Of a stretch of DNA of 32,000 nucleotides, positions 17,068-25,500 are shown in pieces. Made by a program: the position numbers and the translations under genes. Numbering within the stretch: position 1 is the stretch's first letter; every line of letters starts with the position of its first letter. This DNA is from Cereibacter sphaeroides 2.4.1. GTDB lineage: Bacteria; Pseudomonadota; Alphaproteobacteria; Rhodobacterales; Rhodobacteraceae. The stretch is from assembly GCF_000012905.2 (NCBI RefSeq), contig NC_007494.2, positions 600,001-632,000 of the forward strand. Direction: 5' to 3'. Under the pieces are notes generated by a model, which saw only the letters and a program-made list of their open reading frames with translations, was not told the origin of the DNA and did not search any database.

Positions 17068-17105
17068 GTCAACATTTCTGATTGCCCGATCAATCAGAAA
17101 TGTTG
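17068..17105. promoter_or_regulatory. Candidate operator: perfect 15+15 bp inverted repeat with a 6-bp spacer
   Basis: CAACATTTCTGATTG-cccgat-CAATCAGAAATGTTG (17070-17105), checked base by base. It is AT-rich within GC-rich DNA and lies between divergent starts at 16966 (-) and 17208 (+). The flanking AGTCAA (17067-17072) reads TTGACT on the minus strand, a possible -35 box for the leftward operon. Confidence 0.55.
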
Positions 17106-17207
17106 CGATGGCCTCGCAGCCGTGCTTATTCTGGCCGTGGCCGCCCTCTCGGGAGCGGCCGGGATCCGGCATCCTCCGCGGCAGATCATCGAAAGGCCGA
17201 ACCCATC

Positions 17208-19175
17208 ATGACCAACGACCTCATCCGGCGCAGCGACTCCGACGGGATCGCGCTTCTGACCCTCGCCAACCCGCCGGTGAACGCGCTGAGCCTCGCGGTG
17301 CGCCAGAGGCTCGCCGCGCTGACGGCCGAGCTCGAGGCCGACGAGAGCGTGCGCGCCGTGGTGCTTGCGGCCGAGGGCCGGGTCTTCGTCGGCGGCGCGG
17401 ACATCGCCGAGTTCGACCGCCCGCCCGAGGCGCCGCACCTGCCCGATGTGATCGCCGCCATCGAGGCCTCGCGGAAGCCGTGGATCGCGGCGCTGAACGG
17501 CGCGGCCCTCGGCGGCGGGGCCGAGCTTGCGCTCGGCTGCCACTACCGGATCTTCGCGGATACCGCCCGGCTGGGCCTGCCGGAGACGAGCCTCGGCCTC
17601 ATCCCCGGCGCGGGCGGCACGCAGCGCCTGCCGCGCCGGATCGGCCTTGCTCCCGCCATCGAGGTCATCACCGCCGGCCGCACCCTGTCGGCCGCCGAGG
17701 CGCGGGAGGCGGGCCTTGCGGACCGGATCGCCGCGGGCGAGCTGATCCCCGAGGCGCTGGCCTTCGCCCGCACCCTCGACGGCGCCCTGCCCCTGCCTGC
17801 CTCTGCGGCCCCGCTCGCCGATCCCGGGCCCGCCTTCTGGGACGAGGCCCGCGCGCGCATCGCCAGGGCGGCCCGAGGCAATCCCGCGCCCGCCGCGGCC
17901 CTCGAAGCGATCCGCGCGGGCGTGGCGGAAGGCTTCGCCGCGGGTCTCCGCGCCGAGCGCGAGACCTTCCTGCGGCTCCGCGCTTCGGACGAAGCCGCGG
18001 CCCTGCGCCATCTCTTCTTCGCCGAGCGTGCGGCCCTGCGCCCGGCCGCCCTTCGCGGCATCGAGCCTGTGCCCCTCACCCGCGCAGGCGTGATCGGCGG
18101 CGGCACGATGGGCAGCGGCATCGCGGCCGCCCTCGCCGCGGCCGGGCTGGAGGTGCGTCTCACTGAAACCGGGCCCGAGTCGCTCGCGGCCGGCCTCGAG
18201 CGGGTCGAGGCCATCTTCGAGGCGCAGGTCAAGCGCGGGCTGACGGATCGGGCCGGCGCGGCGGAGCGGATGGCCCGCGTCACCGGCACGGTCGGTCTCG
18301 GGGCGCTGGCGGACTGCGATCTGGTGATCGAGGCGGTCTTCGAGGATCTCGCCGTCAAGCGCCGGGTGTTCGAAGAGCTGGTCCGTCTTTGCGGGCCCGA
18401 GGCGATCCTTGCCACCAACACCTCCTACCTCGATCCCGAACGGATCGTGGAGGGCCTGCCGCACCCCCACCGCTTCATCGCGCTGCATTTCTTCAGCCCG
18501 GCGCAGGTGATGAAGCTGCTCGAGATCGTGCCGCTGGCCGCCACCGCGCCGCGCACCCTCGCCACCGGCGTCGCTCTGGCGGCGCGGCTCGGCAAGATCC
18601 CGGTACAGGCGGGCAACGGCGAGGGTTTCATCGGCAACCGCATCCTCAAGCGCTACCGCGCCGAGGCCGAGGCTCTGCTGCTCGCAGGAGCCACCCCGAC
18701 CGAGATCGACGAGGCCATGCGCGCCTTCGGCCTCGGCATGGGTCCGTTCGAGATGCAGGACATGGCCGGGCTCGACATCGCCTTCCGCGCGCGGGAGGCC
18801 GCCCGCGCGCTCGGGCAGGACCTGCCCGAAGGCCCCGGAGACCGGCTGGTGCGCGCAGGCCGCCTCGGCCGCAAGTCGGGCGGCGGCTGGTACGACTATG
18901 CGCCGGGCAGCCGCCTTCCCCAGCCGTCGCCGGAGGCAGCCGCTCTGATCGCGCCTCTGGTGACCCCCGGCCCGCGGCCGAGCGGCACCGAGATTGCCGA
19001 CCGCCTCATCGCCGCCATGGCCGAGGAAGGCCAACGGATCTGCGACGAGGGCCTCGCGCAGAGCCCCTCGGACATCGATCTGGTCGAGGTGCATGGCTAC
19101 GGCTTCCCCCGTCACAAGGGGGGACCGATGTTTCACGCCGCGCGCAAGACCCGAAGCCGCACGGGCGGAGCATGA
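17208..19175 (+). CDS. Bifunctional enoyl-CoA hydratase / 3-hydroxyacyl-CoA dehydrogenase (FadB/FadJ/FadN-like)
   Basis: This is the ORF 17082..19175 trimmed to the ATG at 17208 (MTNDLIRRSDSDGIALLTLANPPVNAL). It has an N-terminal crotonase fold (FVGGADIAEF) and a central Rossmann GVIGGGTMGSGIAAAL. The C-terminus ends about 15 aa after GYGFPRHKGGPMF. Confidence 0.85.
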   Translation: MTNDLIRRSDSDGIALLTLANPPVNALSLAVRQRLAALTAELEADESVRAVVLAAEGRVFVGGADIAEFDRPPEAPHLPDVIAAIEASRKPWIAALNGAALGGGAELALGCHYRIFADTARLGLPETSLGLIPGAGGTQRLPRRIGLAPAIEVITAGRTLSAAEAREAGLADRIAAGELIPEALAFARTLDGALPLPASAAPLADPGPAFWDEARARIARAARGNPAPAAALEAIRAGVAEGFAAGLRAERETFLRLRASDEAAALRHLFFAERAALRPAALRGIEPVPLTRAGVIGGGTMGSGIAAALAAAGLEVRLTETGPESLAAGLERVEAIFEAQVKRGLTDRAGAAERMARVTGTVGLGALADCDLVIEAVFEDLAVKRRVFEELVRLCGPEAILATNTSYLDPERIVEGLPHPHRFIALHFFSPAQVMKLLEIVPLAATAPRTLATGVALAARLGKIPVQAGNGEGFIGNRILKRYRAEAEALLLAGATPTEIDEAMRAFGLGMGPFEMQDMAGLDIAFRAREAARALGQDLPEGPGDRLVRAGRLGRKSGGGWYDYAPGSRLPQPSPEAAALIAPLVTPGPRPSGTEIADRLIAAMAEEGQRICDEGLAQSPSDIDLVEVHGYGFPRHKGGPMFHAARKTRSRTGGA

Positions 19176-19239
19176 CCGGCGCGCTAGAGGCCGGCCGGAG
19201 CACATCCACGCAAGGAGGGGCCGATTCGGCCGCACCGAC

Positions 19240-20439
19240 ATGACCCAGGTCTTCATCTGCGACTATATCCGCACGCCCATCGGCCGCTACGGCGGGGCGC
19301 TCTCCCCGGTCCGGGCCGACGATCTGGGCGCCGTGCCCCTCAAGGCCCTGATGGCCCGCAATGGCGGGGTGGACTGGGAGGCCGTGGACGATGTGATCTT
19401 CGGCTGCGCCAATCAGGCGGGCGAAGACAACCGCAACGTGGCCCGCATGTCGGCGCTGCTGGCGGGGCTGCCGGTGGGTGTCACGGGCACGACGATCAAC
19501 CGGCTGTGCGGCTCGGGCATGGATGCCGTGCTGACCGCCGCCCGCCAGATCGCCGCGGGTGAGGCGGATCTCGTGATCGCGGGCGGGGTGGAGAGCATGT
19601 CGCGCGCGCCGTTCGTGCTGCCGAAGGCGGGAACGGCCTTCACGCGCTCGGCCGAGATCCATGACACGACGATCGGCTGGCGCTTCGTCAATCCGGCGAT
19701 GGAGGCGGCCTACGGGGTGGATCCCATGCCGCAGACCGGTCAGAACGTCGCCTGCGACTTCGGCATCAGCCGTGAAGCGCAGGATGCCATGGCCCTCGCC
19801 TCGCAGACGAAGGCGGCGGCGGCGCAGGCGAACGGGCGGCTCGCACAGGAGATCACGCCGGTCCTCGTTCCGCAGCGCCGGGGCGAGCCGGTCCGGGTGG
19901 AGCAGGACGAGCATCCGCGGGCGACGACGCCGGAGGCGCTTGCCAAGCTGAAGCCGCTCTTCGCCGGCGGATCCGTCACGGCGGGCAATTCCAGCGGCGT
20001 CAACGACGGCGCGGCGGCCCTGATCCTCGCCAGCGAGGCGGCGGTCCGGCGCCACGGGCTTACCCCCATGGCGCGGGTGCTGGGCGGCGCCACCGCGGGC
20101 GTGCCTCCGCGCATCATGGGCATAGGCCCGGTGCCCGCCACCCGCAAGCTGATGGCCCGGCTCGGACTGACCACGGAGGCTTTCGACGTGATCGAGCTGA
20201 ACGAGGCCTTCGCCGCGCAGGGGGTGGCCACGCTCCGGCAGCTCGGCATCGCCGAGGAGGATGCGCGGGTGAACCCCAACGGCGGCGCCATCGCCCTCGG
20301 CCACCCGCTGGGCATGTCGGGCGCCCGCATCACCGGCACGGCGGCGCTCCAGCTGCAGCGCACGGGCGGGCGGCGGGCACTCTCGACCATGTGCATCGGT
20401 GTGGGTCAGGGCATCGCCATCGCGCTGGAACGGGTCTGA
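19240..20439 (+). CDS. Acetyl-CoA C-acyltransferase; 3-oxoadipyl-CoA thiolase-like (PcaF/PaaJ-type)
   Basis: This is the ORF 18994..20439 trimmed to the ATG at 19240. The N-terminus MTQVFICDYIRTPIGRYGGALSPVRADDLGAVPLKAL, followed by FGCANQAGEDNRNVARM, NRLCGSGMDAV, GGVESMSRAPF and the C-terminal CIGVGQGIAIALERV, closely match the PcaF/PaaJ pattern as I remember it. Confidence 0.85.
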   Translation: MTQVFICDYIRTPIGRYGGALSPVRADDLGAVPLKALMARNGGVDWEAVDDVIFGCANQAGEDNRNVARMSALLAGLPVGVTGTTINRLCGSGMDAVLTAARQIAAGEADLVIAGGVESMSRAPFVLPKAGTAFTRSAEIHDTTIGWRFVNPAMEAAYGVDPMPQTGQNVACDFGISREAQDAMALASQTKAAAAQANGRLAQEITPVLVPQRRGEPVRVEQDEHPRATTPEALAKLKPLFAGGSVTAGNSSGVNDGAAALILASEAAVRRHGLTPMARVLGGATAGVPPRIMGIGPVPATRKLMARLGLTTEAFDVIELNEAFAAQGVATLRQLGIAEEDARVNPNGGAIALGHPLGMSGARITGTAALQLQRTGGRRALSTMCIGVGQGIAIALERV

Positions 20440-20544
20440 GATCGGCCACCGGCGGACCTGCTGCGCGGCCTCTCCTGCCGGCTCGGACGACCGAAGCGCA
20501 GATCGTCCAGGCTGCCGCCCCCGCGCAGGAGCGGGACAGAGGCA

Positions 20545-20572
20545 GCCGCAGCCGTCGCGCGACGGTTGCGGC
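20545..20572 (+). terminator. Stem-loop downstream of the thiolase gene
   Basis: GCCGCAGCCGTCG-cg-CGACGGTTGCGGC (about 12 bp of pairing including one G-U), followed by TTCTCCTGCTG. It lies about 105 nt after the thiolase stop and about 70 nt before the next start. Confidence 0.35.
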
Positions 20573-20642
20573 TTCTCCTGCTGCCGCACCTTCCCGAGCG
20601 GGGCTTCGGCACTACATCCGCCCGGACAGCCGGGAGAAATAC

Positions 20643-21671
<1,029 letters not shown>

Positions 21672-21722
21672 GCGCAGCCCGGGCAGGCGCCCGCACCGGA
21701 CCCGCTTCCCGGGGCAAGAGCC

Positions 21723-22475
21723 TCAGGGAGCGGGCTGGGTCTGTTTGAGATAGGCCAGATCGGCCGGATCGAAGACCGACAGATCGTGCTCCCGGTGCCG
21801 GCCGATGCTGGCGGGGGGCGCGATCAGGGCGGCCAGCGTGGCGACGGGCTGGGCGGGCTCCAGCCCGAGGAAGTCCAGCAGCCGCACGATCTCCGCTTCG
21901 GGCCGGGCGCAGAGCGCCTCGTACTGCAGGAACAGCACCCGGCCACGGTTCTCCGGCCGGTCGGCCAGGGCGCTGATCCGGCGGTGCACCGCGCAGAAAT
22001 AGGCCAGCATGTCCCGCGGCCCCGGCGGCTCGGCCACGGGACGCTCGAGGAAGTAAGGCCCCCAGAACCACGCCTGGCGCTGGTTGGCGGAGAAGGCCAT
22101 GTCGAGCCCGCTGCGCAGCAGATGGACATAGCGCATCTTCGGATAGGCCGCGAGGATCCGGTCGATCACCACATGGGTGTTGGGCTCTTTCCAGCCCCAG
22201 TGCCGCTGCCCGGCCTCGCGCATGCCGGCGCGCGACAGGCCCTCGAACTGCCGCAGCCGCGCCTCGAAGGCCCCATCGGGCAAAGCGAGCACCTCGCGAT
22301 GGCGGAAACGCTCGGTGAAGTCCAGATTGTCTTCCGACTCGTTCAGCCTCGTCCCCATGAAGACGCCCGCCCCCTTGAGGATGCGGGCGACGACGCGGGT
22401 GCCGCTGCCGCCGATGGCGCCGACGGCAATCGGAGTCTGGGTCGGATCGGGTCCGTGGTCGATCATGCTCATCAT
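21723..22475 (-). CDS. Sulfotransferase-family protein (PAPS-dependent, predicted)
   Basis: The 250-aa ORF has IGGSGTRVVARIL (resembling the 5'-phosphosulfate-binding loop) and WGWKEPNT...YPKMRYVHLLRSGLDMAFS (resembling the KDPR...RDxxDxxxS 3'-phosphate-binding region). It is on the same strand as the giant gene and 72 nt downstream of it. The start could be any of the ATGs at 22475, 22472 or 22466. Confidence 0.6.
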   Translation of the reverse strand: MMSMIDHGPDPTQTPIAVGAIGGSGTRVVARILKGAGVFMGTRLNESEDNLDFTERFRHREVLALPDGAFEARLRQFEGLSRAGMREAGQRHWGWKEPNTHVVIDRILAAYPKMRYVHLLRSGLDMAFSANQRQAWFWGPYFLERPVAEPPGPRDMLAYFCAVHRRISALADRPENRGRVLFLQYEALCARPEAEIVRLLDFLGLEPAQPVATLAALIAPPASIGRHREHDLSVFDPADLAYLKQTQPAP

Positions 22476-22482
22476 GCGAAAC

Positions 22483-22542
22483 GGCGCCCTTTCGGACGCC
22501 GCCCTTTTCTGGTGCCGGAGGCTGCCGGGCCGAAGCCGGCAG
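22483..22542 (-). other. Two stem-loops in the 72-nt spacer between the giant gene and the sulfotransferase gene
   Basis: The first is 22522-22542, CTGCCGG-N7-CCGGCAG. On the minus RNA its loop contains CUUCGG, and it starts 5 nt after the stop. The second is 22483-22500, GGCG.CC-tttc-GG.CGCC, followed on the minus RNA by GUUUCG and then immediately the ATG cluster. Neither has a clean U-tract. Confidence 0.3.
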
Positions 22543-22547
22543 GGTTC

Positions 22548-25500
22548 TCAGCGCAGGAACTGGAAGTCGTCGATCGTGATGTTCAGCGTTCCATCATGAT
22601 CGATCTGAGCAAGATCCACCAGACGGGTCGCCTCCCCGGCGTCGAGATCGATGGAGAGCATGCCGGTCTCGGCATTCCAGACGATCTGATCGGCGAGGTT
22701 CAGCTCGGCATTCTCCAGCGCCCACATCAGCTGGTCGGCGATCACGATCTGGTCGACGCCCTGCTCGAAATCGGTGATCCGATCCGCATCCGCGCTGTCG
22801 AGGCTGCCGAAGACGAAAGTGTCCGCCCCGGTGCCGCCCGTCAGAAGGTCGAAGCCCTGACCCCCGACCAGCACATCGTCGCCCACGCCGCCGTTGAGGG
22901 TGTCGCTGCCGGCATCGCCCACCAGGAGATCGTTGCCCTGACCGCCGTGCAACCAGTCGTTGCCGTTGCCGCCGACCAGAGTGTCGTTGTCCTGGTTGCC
23001 ATAGAGGCTGTCGTTGCCGTCCCCGCCGAAGATGAGGTCCTCGCCCGCCTGACCCATGGCAGTGTCGTTGCCGGCACTGCCGTCGATCAAGTTGGAGCCC
23101 GCATCGCCCAGCAGGCGGTCGTCATACCGGCTGCCGAGGATGTTCTCGATCGAGAACAGCGTATCCGTGCCTTCCTCGGCACTGATGCGCTGCGCCTGAC
23201 CCTGCAGCGAGAGATCCACGGTGACACCGGCGGTTGCGGTCTGGAACTCGACGGTGTCGATCCCATCGCCGCCATCCACCACATCGTCACCGACGCCGCC
23301 GGCCAGCGTATCGTCGCCGAAACCGCCGAGGACGGTGTCGTTGCCCTGGCCGCCGTGGATCCAGTCGTTGCCCACGTCACCAAAGAGGAGGTCATCCCCA
23401 AGGTTGCCATAGAGGCTGTCCGATCCGGCGCCGCCGAGGATGGTGTCGTTGCCCGCGCCACCGGTGGCCAGGTCGGCACCGTCCCCACCGAAGATGAGGT
23501 TGGCGACCGCGCTGCCCGACAGGATGTCGTTGAAGGCGCTGCCGATGACACCCTCGATCGAGCTCAGGACATCGGTGCCCTGATCGGCGCCGATGATCTG
23601 CGCCTGCCCATCACGCGCCAGATTGACCGTCACCCCGCCCGTCGCCGCGGCGTAGTCGGCGATGTCGTTGCCGGCACCGCCGAGCAGCGTGTCATTGCCC
23701 GCGCCGCCCACCAGCACGTCGTTGCCCGCGAGACCCGAGAGCACGTTGTCGCCCTCGTCCCCGATCAGCGTGTCGTCGTGATTGCTGCCCGTCAGGTTCT
23801 CGATCGAGGTCAGCGGGTCGTTGCCTTCCTGCGCGTTCACGAACTGGCCTTCGCCCTGCAGCGCGAGGCTGACGGTAACGCCCTCGGTGGCCGTTTCGTA
23901 GCTGGCCGTGTCGTTGCCCGCGCCACCCTGCAGGGTGTCGTTGCCCAGACCGCCCGCGAGCGTGTCGTTGCCGTCGCCGCCCACGACCAGGTCGTCGCCC
24001 TGACCGCCATGCAGCCAGTCGTTGCCCTCCTCGCCATAGAGGCTGTCGTTGCCCTCGTTAACGTAGAGGCGGTCGTCGTCACCGTTGCCGTAGAGGCTGT
24101 CGTTGCCCGCCCCGCCCATCAGCGTGTCGTTGAACATCCGGCCGGAGATCACGTCCGCGCCCCGCGAGCCGATGAGCAGATCGGCGCCGTCGGTGCCTTC
24201 GAGGTTCAGCCCGACCATGGCGGGGCCATCGACGTTGATGACCTCGAGGTTGCCTTCACCGTCGGTGTAGGTGATGCGGGCGCTGATGACATGGCCTGCA
24301 TCCGCCGGTTTCAGCGTGTAGACCGGCATGCCGTTGCCCGAAGCGATCACCACACCGTCCCGCAGCCATTCGATGACCGGCGGGTTCGGCCCGAGCCCGT
24401 CGGCATCGTCCAGCGTGCCGTCGAGCAGCAGCTGATCGCCCGACAGCGGGTTGCGGGTCTCGGACGCCTCGTAGGAGATCGAGAGATCCGCAACCGGTGC
24501 GTCGTTCACCAGCTCCATCCCGATCACCGTGGTGGCCGGAACGCCCGGGTTGCCGTCGGCATCGGTCGAGGAGACCGTGACATGGCGCTCCGCCGCGGTG
24601 GGTGCGGTCGAGCTGTTGACGTAACGCACGGCCCGCAGCGCCAGCTGGAAGTTCGTGGGATCCACGCCCTCCTCGCTCGTCAGCCGGATCTCGTGGGTGC
24701 CGTTGCCGGTGACCACGATGTTCAGCGCCGCCAGAGCCGGCAGGACCGCCGGATCGACGAACAGCATCTCGGCCGAGCCGTTCACCGCATCCTCGAGCGT
24801 GATGACGACCTCGACGGTGTTGCCGTCCTGGTCGATCATCTCGGCATCGGCCGTAGCGATGGCCTGGCTGCCGCTGCCCTCGAGATAGGTGATCGAGTGG
24901 TCGCGGCCTTCGCCCGACGGACCGTTGAGATCGGCCACCGTTGCCCATTCCACCGGCAGGATGAAGTCCGTCGGCGCGGAGCCCGCCCCCGTCTCATCCG
25001 TCACCGTGACCGAGATCGCCCGGTCGCCCGCGAAGGCGTTCGGGTTGGTGTTCTCGTAGCGCAGGCTGAGGAGCGCCTCACGGTAGTCCTCCATCGACCC
25101 GGCCCCCGAGATGGTGAGCGGATCGCCCGCCACACCGGTGCCCGAGATGGTCAGTTCGGTGCCCGACTGGGCCACGAAGGTCGAGCCGCTGGCCGAGAAG
25201 ATCGTCTCGTAGGTGGTGCCGAAGGCGTTGTCGACCGTGGTCTCGCCATCGAGCGTGATGACAATCTGGCTTACCGCCGCGCCCTCGTCCGGGTCGGTCA
25301 GTTGCAGCGTCTCGTCCGAGAACAGCGCCACCGCCTCGCCGCGAGCATAGAAGGTATTGCCCTCGCCCATGCTGATCGACGGCGCGTCGTTGACAGCTGT
25401 CACCTCGACCGTGGCAGAGGCGCCGTTGCTGGAGAAGGCCGAGGTGCCGCCACGGTTCGAGGCATTGCCCGGCCCCGCGATGCCTGCGACCACGTTGCCC

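Noticed and set aside
21672-21722. Possible bidirectional terminator between the convergent reductase and sulfotransferase genes (CCCGGG-containing segments).
   Set aside because: I could not draw a clean stem of 6 bp or more with a T-tract on either strand. The pairing is imperfect, so no terminator is called.
22811-24203. Regular short DNA periodicity (recurring GTCGTTGCC / GCCGCC units) that could be mistaken for a CRISPR-like or tandem-repeat array.
   Set aside because: The periodicity is the 27-nt coding repeat of RTX nonapeptides inside a continuous ORF. There are no conserved direct repeats with unique spacers and no leader.
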